A stretch of DNA of 64,000 nt from Deinococcales bacterium (GCA_012515535.1 JAAYYF010000147.1:782-64781), one strand, 5' to 3'; shown: positions 8,911 to 20,127, counted from the first letter of the stretch. Numbers and translations: made by a program. The notes: generated from the sequence alone by a model not told the origin.

Positions 8911-9591
8911 TCAGCGCGGCGCGGCCTCGAGGAGCTCGGCGTCGCTAACGTCCCCTTCCAGGGCCGGCGCCTCCAGGCGCCGAGCGTAGTACACCCACGG
9001 GAACCAGCCCCCGCCGATCTTCTCCCAGCCGCGCTCGGTCAGGCCGGTGCGCTCCTGCGACCAGGCCACGAGCCGGCGGTGCTCCCACTGGACGTCGTCC
9101 TTCTCGAGCAGGTGGTAGTAGAAGCCGAACTCGACCGAGCGCCAGCCGTAGCGGCCCGCGAGCGCCAGGGCGGCCATCTCGTTGAAGGCCGTGAGGCCGC
9201 TGACGAGGCGCGTGCGCCGCTGCCCTCGGTCGGCTTCGGGCGCGTCAGCGACGCGACCGAAGCGCTGCTGCGCAGCCTGGCGCGTCGTGCCGAGCGCGCC
9301 GCCGATGGCGTCCCAGCTGTGCCCGGCAGCGCGCGCCGCCAGCACCGCCGCCCGCAGCATCTCCACGGTTCGCCGATGCGCCCGGTCGGTCCGCGCCACC
9401 AGCTCCAGGTGGGCGCCGGGGTCGTCGGGCAGCCCTTCGAGCCCGGGGCCGGCCGCGGCGATGGCGTGCGCCAGCAGCTCGTCGAGCCGTGCCGTGGTGG
9501 CGTGGCCGGCGACGTCGGTGCGCGCCGCGGTCGGGGTAACGGTGGCGCTGGCATCGGTGGCGCCTAGGCGCGCGGGCCCGTCAGCTCCCAT
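8911..9591 (-). CDS. Hypothetical protein with a probable helix-turn-helix segment
   Basis: Segment AAGHSWDAIGGALGTTRQAAQQRFG looks like an HTH. The C-terminal ~100 aa (Trp/Tyr-rich, YGWRSVEFGFYYHLLEKDDVQWEH) is unassigned. Overlaps the upstream small gene by 11 nt. Confidence 0.6.
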   Translation of the reverse strand: MGADGPARLGATDASATVTPTAARTDVAGHATTARLDELLAHAIAAAGPGLEGLPDDPGAHLELVARTDRAHRRTVEMLRAAVLAARAAGHSWDAIGGALGTTRQAAQQRFGRVADAPEADRGQRRTRLVSGLTAFNEMAALALAGRYGWRSVEFGFYYHLLEKDDVQWEHRRLVAWSQERTGLTERGWEKIGGGWFPWVYYARRLEAPALEGDVSDAELLEAAPR

Positions 9592-9844
9592 CGTCGTCGG
9601 TCTCGGGGAGCGGGCGCGCCACGCCTCGGGCGTGCGCCCCGTGCCACAGCGCCAGGCTGGCCCCGGCGCCGGCGATGCCGGTCAGCGCCAGCACCACCAT
9701 GAGCACCCCCAGCGGCCCGCCGACCGCGCGGGCGCCGAACGCCAGGCCGGCGGCCATGAACGCGAGCAGGCTGCCTAGGAAGAGCCAGATGGCGGCCCCG
9801 CCGGGAAGGCGGGCCTGGGCCTCGTGACGGTGGGTGTCGTGCAT
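9581..9844 (-). CDS. Small (87 aa) two-TM membrane protein with a His-rich N-terminus
   Basis: MHDTHRHEAQ..., then two hydrophobic helices and an acidic tail. ATG 9844 is preceded by GGAGGA 4 nt upstream. The track ORF start (9925) would run through the operator region. Confidence 0.55.
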   Translation of the reverse strand: MHDTHRHEAQARLPGGAAIWLFLGSLLAFMAAGLAFGARAVGGPLGVLMVVLALTGIAGAGASLALWHGAHARGVARPLPETDDDGS

Positions 9845-9865
9845 ACGTCCTCCGTTCGCTCCTGT

Positions 9866-9911
9866 TGTCAAGGTACTCTTGACAACAGGCCGTGTCAAGG
9901 GCACGTTGACA
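9866..9911 (-). promoter_or_regulatory. Two tandem palindromic operators (TGTCAA-N7-TTGACA) overlapping a putative promoter
   Basis: Half-site hexamers at 9866-9871/9879-9884 and 9893-9898/9906-9911. The proximal site extends to a perfect 12+12 bp inverted repeat, CCTGTTGTCAAG-N5-CTTGACAACAGG (9861-9889). On the minus strand, TTGACA (9898..9893) + 17 nt + TACCTT could be the -35/-10. Confidence 0.6.
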
Positions 9912-9928
9912 TACGCTGGCGCCACGAA

Positions 9929-9956
9929 GCGGGGCGGTCCGTGAGGACCGCCCCGC
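9929..9956 (-). terminator. Terminator hairpin downstream of lon
   Basis: Perfect 12-bp stem GCGGGGCGGTCC / GGACCGCCCCGC with a 4-nt loop. A second weaker hairpin lies at 9971-9997. It separates lon from the promoter of the next operon. Confidence 0.55.
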
Positions 9957-10010
9957 GACCGGTGAGCAGGCGGTGCCGGCCGCCGCGGGCCGCACCGGTG
10001 GTTCAGGCGC

Positions 10011-12410
<2,400 letters not shown>

Positions 12411-12503
12411 GACCCTAGTAAACCCCTTGGGCGGGCCGCGGCTCCGTAAGGTGGCTGACGGCACGGGCCGGGGCCCCGCGGCCGCGGCGGCCGGCGCGCG
12501 GCG

Positions 12504-13880
12504 TCAGAACGTGACGGGCTCGGCCAGCGCGGGCGTCACCACGCGCATGCCGCGCTGCGTGAGCTGCGGCGCGAAGGCGTCCATCGCCTCGGGCTCGGCG
12601 TGCACCAGCACCACGGTGCCGGCGCGGGCGGGCTCGATGAAGGCCAGCAGGTCGTCGTGGTCGGCGTGGGCCGAGAAGCCGGTGATGGTGTCGACCTGGG
12701 CGTTGACCTTGATCTCCTCGCCGAAGACGCGCACGCGCTGGGCGCCGTCCTGCAGGGCGCGCCCCAGCGTGCCGCGCGCCTGGTAGCCCACGATCACCAG
12801 GCTGGCCTCGCTGCGCCACAGGTTGTGCTTGAGGTGGTGCAGGATGCGCCCGCCGGTCATCATGCCCGAGCCGGCGATGATCACGGCGCCGCCCTCGACG
12901 GCGTTGATGCGCTTCGACTCCTCGGTGCTGACGGTGTAGGTGAGGCCGGGCGGCTCGAACGGGTCGTCGCCGCGCTCCAGCTCGGCGGCCACCTCGGGCA
13001 GGAAGTCGTGCACCGCGCTCTGGTACAGGCGCGTCATGCGCGTGGCCATCGGCGAGTCGAGGAACACCGGCCGGCGCGGCACGGCGCCCGAGCCCATCGC
13101 GCGCTTCAGCAGCGCCAGCACCATCTGCGCGCGCTCCAGCGCGAACGAGGGGATGAGCACGTTGCCGCCGCGCGCGAACGAGCGCATGAGCACCTCCTCG
13201 AAGCGCGCCTCGGTGTCGGCGCGGCTGGGGTGGGTGCGGTCGGCGTAGGTGGCCTCGACCACCAGCACGTCGGTCTCGTCGGGCGTGACCGCCGGGGGGT
13301 GCAGCGAGCTCTCGCGGTTGCCCAGGTCGCCGGAGAAGGTGATGCGGCCGTCGGGCGTGGTCAGCTCGACGTAGGCGGAGCCGAGCACGTGGCCGGCGTG
13401 GCGGAAGCGCGCCTCCACCCGGGCCGGAAGGCCGAGCGGACGCTCCATCTCGAGGGGCGCGAAGCGCGCGATCGCCGCCTCCGCGTCGTCGCTGTCGAAC
13501 AGCGGCCCCGGCAGCTCGTGGGCGCGCCCGGCACGGAGCGCCTTGCGCAGCGCGCGCTCGTGGTCCTCCTCCTGCAGCTTGGCGGCGTCGCGCAGGATCA
13601 CCTTGGCCACGGCCGCGGTGGCGGCGGTGCAGTGGATCGGCCCGCGGTAGCCGCGCTTCACCAGCAACGGCAGGCGCCCCACGTGGTCGAGGTGGCCGTG
13701 CGTCACGAGCACCGCGTCGAGCGCCGCGGGGTCGAAGGGGAACGGCTGGCGGTTGAGCGCCTCCAGGTCGGCCCCGCCCTGGAACAGGCCGCAGTCGACG
13801 AGCAGCTGCGAGCCGTCGAGCTCCAGGTGGTGGCAGCTGCCGGTCACGGTGCGCGCCGCGCCGGCGCAGGTGAGCCTCAC
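12504..13880 (-). CDS. MBL-fold beta-CASP family ribonuclease (TTHA0252/CPSF-like)
   Basis: HxHxDH motif (VTHGHLDHVGRLP), beta-CASP region and C-terminal SAHADHDDL. C-terminal 458 aa of track ORF 12504..14519. GTG 13880 overlaps the upstream stop (GTGA). Confidence 0.85.
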   Translation of the reverse strand: MRLTCAGAARTVTGSCHHLELDGSQLLVDCGLFQGGADLEALNRQPFPFDPAALDAVLVTHGHLDHVGRLPLLVKRGYRGPIHCTAATAAVAKVILRDAAKLQEEDHERALRKALRAGRAHELPGPLFDSDDAEAAIARFAPLEMERPLGLPARVEARFRHAGHVLGSAYVELTTPDGRITFSGDLGNRESSLHPPAVTPDETDVLVVEATYADRTHPSRADTEARFEEVLMRSFARGGNVLIPSFALERAQMVLALLKRAMGSGAVPRRPVFLDSPMATRMTRLYQSAVHDFLPEVAAELERGDDPFEPPGLTYTVSTEESKRINAVEGGAVIIAGSGMMTGGRILHHLKHNLWRSEASLVIVGYQARGTLGRALQDGAQRVRVFGEEIKVNAQVDTITGFSAHADHDDLLAFIEPARAGTVVLVHAEPEAMDAFAPQLTQRGMRVVTPALAEPVTF

Positions 13881-14845
13881 GCCCGCCGCCAGGCGAGGCG
13901 GCCGCCGCTGAGCTCCGCCGCCACGCGCCCCTGCTCGCGCAGCCAGCCGAGGTAGGCCATCACCGTGGTGAGGTTCAGGTGGTAGCGCGGCAGGTCGGCC
14001 ATCTCGATGCCCAGCGCCGCGGTGGCGCGCGCCAGCACCTCCTCGGCGCCGACGCCGTCGGCCGCCGCCTCCACCGCCGCGGCGGCGCGCTCCACGGCCT
14101 CGCGGTTGGCGGCGGCGAGCCCCGCCAGGTCCTCCGTCGGCGCGCCGTGGCCGGGCAGCGTGACCGTCGCCTCGACCGTCGCCACGCGCTCGAACGCCGC
14201 CAGCTGGCCGCCCACGTCCTGCGCGAACGGCAGCGGGTAGCGCGCCAGCGTGGCCGCGCCGAACAGCGCGTCGGTGGCCAGCAGCACGCCGTCGACCAGC
14301 ACCGCCAGCTGGCGGTGGGCGTGGCCGCGCACGTCGATGAGCTCGAGGCGCACCTCGCCCAGCGTCTGCTCGCCCGCGGCGACCACGCGGTGCACGGGCG
14401 AGGCCTCGGCCTGCAGCCACTTGCTCGTGAGCTCCGGCAGGGGCTTGGCGCCGTGGAACAGGTAGATGGGCTCGAGCAGGGGGGCGCGGATGACCTCGGC
14501 CTCGACCTCGGGCGCCCACACCTGCGCCTCGGGGTACCGACGCAGCAGGTAGGCGTTGCCGCCGAAGTGGTCGGCGTGGCTGTGGGTGCTGAGGACGACC
14601 TGCGGCGTGAGTCCGAGCTCGTCGAGCGCCTTGCGGACGCGGCGGCCGTGGTCCTTGTCCTGGCCGCTGTCGACCAGCAGCGCGGCGCCGCCTCCGAGGT
14701 CGACGATGGCGCAGTTGACGCCGCCCAGCAGCGCGTGGACGCGCTCCGAGAGCTGCACGCGCTCGTTGCGCGGCGGCGTGGCGGCCGCGCGCTCGGGGTC
14801 GCCGGCAGCGCCCGCCGGCGGGGGCGTTCCTTCGGGCTGTGGCAT
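13877..14845 (-). CDS. MBL-fold metallo-hydrolase
   Basis: STHSHADHFGGN (HxHxDH) and a later GHG motif. ATG 14845 (MPQPEG...). Confidence 0.8.
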   Translation of the reverse strand: MPQPEGTPPPAGAAGDPERAAATPPRNERVQLSERVHALLGGVNCAIVDLGGGAALLVDSGQDKDHGRRVRKALDELGLTPQVVLSTHSHADHFGGNAYLLRRYPEAQVWAPEVEAEVIRAPLLEPIYLFHGAKPLPELTSKWLQAEASPVHRVVAAGEQTLGEVRLELIDVRGHAHRQLAVLVDGVLLATDALFGAATLARYPLPFAQDVGGQLAAFERVATVEATVTLPGHGAPTEDLAGLAAANREAVERAAAAVEAAADGVGAEEVLARATAALGIEMADLPRYHLNLTTVMAYLGWLREQGRVAAELSGGRLAWRRA

Positions 14846-14898
14846 GCGCGATGCTACCAGGCTGCGCCGCGCGCGGCGTGGCGCGGGCGCCCGCGCCG

Positions 14899-16215
14899 TC
14901 ACTCCGGCAGCGGCCGGCGCCGCAGCCGCGCCAGGTAGAAGCCGTCGAGCCCGCCGAGCGGCAGCAGGTAGCGCCCCACGCCGCCGTTGGCGGGCGGCAC
15001 GCTCGGCAGCCGCGTGTCGACGGGCTCGGGGCGGAAGTCCGGGCGCTCCTCGAGCAGGTCGGCCACCACCTCGGCGCCCTCCTCGCGCGTGAGGGAGCAC
15101 ACCGCGTAGACGAGCACCCCGCCGGGCGCCACCAGGCGGGCGGCGTTCCGTAGCATCACGCGCTGCAGCGCGGCCAGCTCGTCGACCTGCGCCTGGGTCA
15201 CGCGCAGCTTGATCTCGGGGTGGCCGCGCAGCGTGCCGGTGCCGCTGCAGGGCGCGTCGAGGATCACGTGGCTCACGGGCGGGGCCTCGGGCAGCGCGCG
15301 CAGGTCGGCCTGGCGGTGCTCCACCTCGAGCCCGAGGCGGCGCAGGTTCTGCGCCGCCGCCTGGCTGCGGCGCGCGTCGAGCTCGAAGGCGGTGACCTCA
15401 GCGCCGCTGGCCGCCAGCACGGCGCTCTTCACGCCGCGGCCGCTGGCCAGGTCGTAGACGGTGTCGTCGGGCCCGGCGCCCAGCAGGCGCGCCGCCTCCA
15501 GCGAGCTGGGGTTCTGCGGCTGCACCAGGCCCCGGCGGTAGGCGGCGAGCGAGTCGAGCGGGGCGCCGGCGCGCACGCGCAGGCTGGCGAGCCGCGCCGG
15601 CTGGTCGGGGAAGAGGGGCGCGACCTCGGCGCCGTCGGCCGTCAGCGCCTCCACCGCCGCCTCGGAGAGCGCCGTGAGCCACAGCGGCTCGGGCTCGAGC
15701 ATGCCGAGCGCGGCCTCGAAGGCGCGCTCCTCGCCGAGCGCCCGGTCGAAGGCGCCGAGCAGCCAGGCGGGCAGGGCGGCACGCACGGCGCGCGGCGCGT
15801 CGTCGGGCAGCGGGCGCACGCGCCGCAGCACGGCGTTCACCAGGCCGGCGAGCTTGGGCGCCTCGCGCTTCACCAGGCCCACCCAGGCGCTCACGGCGGC
15901 GTAGGCCGGGGTGCCGCGGTGGTTCAGCTCGAAGGCGCCCAGGCGCAGGGCGCCGAGCACGCGGGGCGGGAGCTTCCTGGGGGCGGTGAGGAGCGGCGCC
16001 AGCGCGGCGTCGAGCTGCGGCAGCCGCCGCACCACGCCGTAGGCCAGGTCGGTGGCCAGCGCGCGCTCGGGGCCCTCCAGCTCGGCCGCGTCGAGCAGGC
16101 TGGAGAGGGTGGGGGCCAGGTAGGCGCCGTGCAGCACGCGTTCGAGCGCCGTGAGCGCCAGCTGGCGCGCGCCGAGCTGAGCGGCGCCCCTGGGGCGGCC
16201 TGGTTGCTTGGCCAC
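14899..16215 (-). CDS. rsmB: 16S rRNA (cytosine-C5)-methyltransferase, RsmB/Sun family
   Basis: NusB-like N-terminal domain plus NOL1/NOP2/Sun catalytic core (DAPCSGTGTLRGHPEIK, YAVCSL). Confidence 0.85.
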   Translation of the reverse strand: MAKQPGRPRGAAQLGARQLALTALERVLHGAYLAPTLSSLLDAAELEGPERALATDLAYGVVRRLPQLDAALAPLLTAPRKLPPRVLGALRLGAFELNHRGTPAYAAVSAWVGLVKREAPKLAGLVNAVLRRVRPLPDDAPRAVRAALPAWLLGAFDRALGEERAFEAALGMLEPEPLWLTALSEAAVEALTADGAEVAPLFPDQPARLASLRVRAGAPLDSLAAYRRGLVQPQNPSSLEAARLLGAGPDDTVYDLASGRGVKSAVLAASGAEVTAFELDARRSQAAAQNLRRLGLEVEHRQADLRALPEAPPVSHVILDAPCSGTGTLRGHPEIKLRVTQAQVDELAALQRVMLRNAARLVAPGGVLVYAVCSLTREEGAEVVADLLEERPDFRPEPVDTRLPSVPPANGGVGRYLLPLGGLDGFYLARLRRRPLPE

Positions 16216-16265
16216 GGCGACGCTAGGTCAGCGCGCCACCACGCGGTCGCGGGTGGGCGCCACGC

Positions 16266-16568
16266 TCAGGCTTGAGCGTTGAGTTGGTCGGAGGAACCGC
16301 GGGGCACGGAGAACGACTCTATCAGGAACCGTACCGCGGTGCGCTCCTCCTCGTGCAGCTCGAGCTTGACGAAGGACGGCACGGTGTGCAGCCCCAAGCC
16401 CTCCGCCTCGATGTACGAGCGGGCGATGGCGATGGCCTTGACGGCCTGGTTGACGGCGTGGGGCCCGATGGCCTGGACCTCTACCTCGCCGGCGCTGCGG
16501 AGCAACGCGGCGATCGCTCCGGCGACCGAGTTGGGTCGCGATGATCCTGAGACGCGTAAGATTTCGAT
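16266..16568 (-). CDS. SpoVS-family protein, probably initiated at ATC
   Basis: (I)EILRVSGSSRPNSVAGAIAALLR..GEVEVQAIGPHAVNQAVKAIAIARSYI is the SpoVS signature. ATC 16568..16566 lies 7 nt after GGAGG (16580..16576). The only canonical in-frame start is GTG 16625, 19 codons upstream. Confidence 0.8.
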   Translation of the reverse strand: MEILRVSGSSRPNSVAGAIAALLRSAGEVEVQAIGPHAVNQAVKAIAIARSYIEAEGLGLHTVPSFVKLELHEEERTAVRFLIESFSVPRGSSDQLNAQA

Positions 16569-16680
16569 GACCCGACCTCCAAGACGAAACGCTGGTGTCC
16601 CGATTGTGGTCCGGCCGCGGCCCACCCCTTGGCTCGTTCGTCACGTACCGCCCCCGCGCGGGCGTCGTAGGCTCGCTCGC

Positions 16681-16709
16681 TTGACACCTCCGCCCAGCGC
16701 CCGTATAGT
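16681..16709 (+). promoter_or_regulatory. Sigma-70-type promoter of the ilv-leu operon
   Basis: TTGACA (16681-16686), 17-nt spacer, TATAGT (16704-16709). The leader-peptide ATG follows 8 nt later. Confidence 0.65.
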
Positions 16710-16717
16710 CACGCCCA

Positions 16718-16783
16718 ATGATCCAACTCGCCCTGCGCGCCAGCCTCGTCCTAGCCATCACCCGTAGGGGTCGTGCTGGCTGA
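16718..16783 (+). CDS. Putative ilv-leu leader peptide (21 aa, MIQLALRASLVLAITRRGRAG)
   Basis: Starts 8 nt after the -10 box (leaderless). 7 of the first 14 residues are Leu/Ile/Val. It ends 28 nt before a strong intrinsic terminator that precedes ilvB. Confidence 0.45.
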   Translation: MIQLALRASLVLAITRRGRAG

Positions 16784-16811
16784 GCTGCGCCTGTAGTTAG
16801 CTTCTCGCACT

Positions 16812-16850
16812 GAACCCCGCCGAACGCCTCGGCGGGGTTCTTCTTTCTCT
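16812..16850 (+). terminator. Intrinsic terminator / attenuator upstream of ilvB
   Basis: 11-bp perfect stem GAACCCCGCCG / CGGCGGGGTTC with a 7-nt loop, followed by TTCTTTCTCT. Lies 30 nt before the ilvB ATG. Confidence 0.7.
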
Positions 16851-16879
16851 CGAGACCGGAGCGGTCGATGGAGGTACGG

Positions 16880-18580
16880 ATGACAGGGTCGGAAGTGGTG
16901 ATGAGGCTGCTGGAGCGGCACGGGGTGGAGGTGGTGTTCGGCCACCCGGGCGGCGCCATCATGCCCATCTACGACGCCCTCTACGACTCACCGATCAGGC
17001 ACGTGCTGGTGCGCCACGAGCAGGCGGGGGCCCACATGGCCGACGCCTACTACCGCGCCAGCGGCAAGGTGGGCGTGTGCTTCGCCACCAGCGGGCCGGG
17101 GGCCACCAACCTCGTCACGGGGCTGGCGACGGCCATGCTCGACTCGTCGGCGGTGGTGGCCATCACGGGCAACGTGCCGAGCGGCCTGATCGGCACCGAC
17201 GCCTTCCAGGAGGCCGACGTCTACGGCATCACGGGGCCGATCACCAAGCACAACTTCCTGGTGAAGGACGTGCGCGAGCTGCCGCGCGTGCTCACCGAGG
17301 CGTTCCACATCGCCACCACCGGGCGCCCCGGCCCCGTGCTGGTGGACATCACCAAGGACGTGCAGCAGGCCACCTTCGAGGGCAGCCTGGAGGCCGAGGT
17401 CGACCTGCCCGGCTACAAGCCCACGCTGGTGGGGCATGCCGGGCAGGTGAAGCGCGCCGCCGAGGCGGTGCGCGCCGCCGAACGCCCGCTGATGATCGTG
17501 GGCGGCGGCGCCCAGTGCGCCGCCGACGAGGTGGTGGCGTTCGCCGAGCGCACCGGCATCCCGGTGACCACCACCTTGATGGGCATCGGCGCCTTCCCGG
17601 CGGGCAGCGAGCAGGCGCTCGGCATGCCGGGGATGCACGGCACCGTGACCGCCAACCGCGCCATCAGCCACTGCGACCTGATCCTCGCCGCCGGCATGCG
17701 CTTCGACGACCGCGTGACCGGCAAGATCAGCCGCTTCGCCCCCAACGCCACCGTGGTGCACATCGACATCGACCCCGCCGAGATCTCCAAGCTGGTGCGC
17801 GCGCACGTGCCGGTGGTGGGCGACCTGCGCGACGTGCTGCCGCGCCTCGGCGCCGAGCTCGGCCGCCTCGACGTGGGGCCGTGGCGCGAGCAGCTGGCCG
17901 CCTGGAAGGCGCGCTACCCCGAGCGCTACGAGACGGGGGAGACGCTCGCCTCGCAGGAGGTGCTCGAGCTGCTGCGCCAGGCCAGCGGCGGCGACTGCAT
18001 CGTGACCACCGAGGTGGGCCAGCACCAGATGTTCGCCGCGCGCCTGTTCCCCACCAGCCGGCCGCGCTCGTTCGTGACCTCGGGCGGCCTCGGCACCATG
18101 GGCTTCGGCCTGCCCGCCGCCATCGGCGCCGCCATGGCGCGGCCCGGCGAGACGGTGGTGTGCGTGGCCGGCGACGGCTCGGTGCAGATGAACGTGCAGG
18201 AGCTCGCCACCCTCTACAAGCTGCAGCTGCCGGTGGTGATCGCCATCCTCAACAACGGCATGCTCGGCATGGTGCGCCAGTGGCAGGAGCTGTTCCACGC
18301 CCAGCGCTACAGCGAGGTCTACCTCGCCGACTCCAACCCTGACTTCGCCAAGCTGGCGGAGGCCTACGGCATCGAGGGCCACAACGTCTTCGACCGCGCC
18401 GACGCCGAGGCGCGCATCGCCGAGGCGTTCGCCGCCAAGAAGCCCGTGCTGCTCAACTTCTTCGTCTACGAGGCCGAGAAGGTGTTCCCGATGGTGCCGG
18501 CCGGCGCCGGGGTCGACGAGATGATCCTCGGCGACCAGGAGGCGCCCGAGGCGCCGCGCGAGCCGGTGGTGAGCGCGTGA
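16880..18580 (+). CDS. ilvB: Acetolactate synthase large subunit
   Basis: TPP-enzyme motifs (GHPGGAIMPIYDAL, GDGSVQMNVQEL). ATG 16880 lies 5 nt after GGAGG (16870-16874). Confidence 0.95.
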   Translation: MTGSEVVMRLLERHGVEVVFGHPGGAIMPIYDALYDSPIRHVLVRHEQAGAHMADAYYRASGKVGVCFATSGPGATNLVTGLATAMLDSSAVVAITGNVPSGLIGTDAFQEADVYGITGPITKHNFLVKDVRELPRVLTEAFHIATTGRPGPVLVDITKDVQQATFEGSLEAEVDLPGYKPTLVGHAGQVKRAAEAVRAAERPLMIVGGGAQCAADEVVAFAERTGIPVTTTLMGIGAFPAGSEQALGMPGMHGTVTANRAISHCDLILAAGMRFDDRVTGKISRFAPNATVVHIDIDPAEISKLVRAHVPVVGDLRDVLPRLGAELGRLDVGPWREQLAAWKARYPERYETGETLASQEVLELLRQASGGDCIVTTEVGQHQMFAARLFPTSRPRSFVTSGGLGTMGFGLPAAIGAAMARPGETVVCVAGDGSVQMNVQELATLYKLQLPVVIAILNNGMLGMVRQWQELFHAQRYSEVYLADSNPDFAKLAEAYGIEGHNVFDRADAEARIAEAFAAKKPVLLNFFVYEAEKVFPMVPAGAGVDEMILGDQEAPEAPREPVVSA

Positions 18581-19116
18581 GCCGCCACGTCCTCAGCGTC
18601 ACGGTGCGCGACCAGCCGGGCGTGCTGGTGCGCATCGCCGGGCTGTTCGCGCGCCGCGGCTTCAACATCGAGTCCTTGTCGGTGGCGCAGTCGGAGGTGC
18701 CGGGCCAGAGCCGCACCACCTTCGTGGTCAGCGGCGACGACCCCACCATCGAGCAGGTCGAGAAGCAGCTGAACAAGCTCATCGACGTCATCAGCGTCGT
18801 CGACCACACCCACGCCGCCGCCGTCGACCGCGAGCTGATGCTCATCAAGGTGCGCGTGCGCAGCCCCGAGGAGCGCGTCGAGATCCGCCAGATCGCCCAG
18901 GACTTCCGCGCGCGCATCGTGGACGTGTCGCGCTCGGCCCTGATCTTCGAGCTCACCGGCGACGAGGGCAAGGTCGACGCCTTCATCGAGCAGATGCGCC
19001 CCTTCGGCATCACCGAGCTGATCCGCACCGGCCGCGTGGCCCTGAGCCGCACCGCCGCCTCCACCAACCGAGCCTCTCACCCCACCCAGGCGCCGGCCGT
19101 GGCCCGCGCCAGCTAG
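18577..19116 (+). CDS. ilvN: Acetolactate synthase small (regulatory) subunit
   Basis: ACT domain HVLSVTVRDQPGVLVRIAGLFARRGFNIESL. The GTG start overlaps the ilvB stop (GTGA). Confidence 0.9.
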   Translation: MSRHVLSVTVRDQPGVLVRIAGLFARRGFNIESLSVAQSEVPGQSRTTFVVSGDDPTIEQVEKQLNKLIDVISVVDHTHAAAVDRELMLIKVRVRSPEERVEIRQIAQDFRARIVDVSRSALIFELTGDEGKVDAFIEQMRPFGITELIRTGRVALSRTAASTNRASHPTQAPAVARAS

Positions 19117-19125
19117 GAGACCACC

Positions 19126-20127
19126 ATGGCGAACATCTACTACGACAGCGACGCGGACCTCAGGCACCTCACCGGCAAGACGGTGGCCGTCATCGGCTAC
19201 GGCTCGCAGGGGCACGCCCACGCCCTCAACGCCCACGAGTCGGGCGTCGACGTGGTGGTGGGGCTCAGGCGCGGCTCGCCCTCGTGGGCCGAGGCCGAGG
19301 CCGCGGGCCTGAAGGTGATGGAGGTGGCCGCCGCCGCCCGCGCGGCCGACCTGGTGATGCTGCTGCTGCCCGACGAGGCGCAGCGCGCCGTGTACGAGCG
19401 CGACGTGGCGCCCAACCTCGAGGCCGGCAACGCGCTGCTGTTCGCCCACGGCTTCAACGTGCACTTCGGCCAGATCCGGCCGCCGGAAGGCGTCGACGTG
19501 TTCATGGTGGCGCCCAAGGGGCCGGGCCACCTGGTGAGGCGCGTGTTCACCGAGGGCGCCGGCGTGCCGTGCCTGGTGGCGGTGCACCAGGACGCCACCG
19601 GCAAGGCCATGCAGCTGGCGCTGGCGTACGCCAAGGCGATCGGCGGCACGCGCGCCGGGGTGCTCGAGACCACCTTCCAGGAGGAGACCGAGACCGACCT
19701 GTTCGGCGAGCAGGCGGTGCTGTGCGGCGGCGTCACGGCGCTGATGCAGGCGGGCTTCGAGACGCTGGTGGAGGCGGGCTACGACCCCGAGATCGCCTAC
19801 TTCGAGTGCCTGCACGAGATGAAGCTGATCGTCGACCTCATCTACGAGGGCGGCCTCGAGCGCATGCGCTGGTCGGTGAGCAACACCGCCGAGTACGGCG
19901 ACTACCGCACCGGCCCGCGCATCGTCACCGACGAGACGCGCGCCGAGATGCGCCGCGTGCTGGCCGAGATCAAGAGCGGCCAGTTCGCGCAGGAGTTCCT
20001 CGCCGAGAACCTCACGGGCCAGCCGCGCCTGACCGCCGGGCGCCGCAACACCGAGGCGCACCTCATCAGCCGCACGGGCGAGCGCCTGCGCCGCATGATG
20101 CCGTTCATCGCCGGCCCCCAGGACTGA
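19126..20127 (+). CDS. ilvC: Ketol-acid reductoisomerase
   Basis: [13 protein letters not shown] Rossmann motif and a class-I KARI C-terminal domain. Confidence 0.95.
   Translation: MANIYYDSDADLRHLTGKTVAVIGYGSQGHAHALNAHESGVDVVVGLRRGSPSWAEAEAAGLKVMEVAAAARAADLVMLLLPDEAQRAVYERDVAPNLEAGNALLFAHGFNVHFGQIRPPEGVDVFMVAPKGPGHLVRRVFTEGAGVPCLVAVHQDATGKAMQLALAYAKAIGGTRAGVLETTFQEETETDLFGEQAVLCGGVTALMQAGFETLVEAGYDPEIAYFECLHEMKLIVDLIYEGGLERMRWSVSNTAEYGDYRTGPRIVTDETRAEMRRVLAEIKSGQFAQEFLAENLTGQPRLTAGRRNTEAHLISRTGERLRRMMPFIAGPQD

Noticed and set aside
12411-12440. Leaderless promoter for lon (TTTACT 6 nt before ATG 12410)
   Set aside because: The hexamer lacks the A at position 2 and has no TG extension or -35. 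A weak AAGGGG lies 13 nt upstream instead. The evidence is too thin to call either way.
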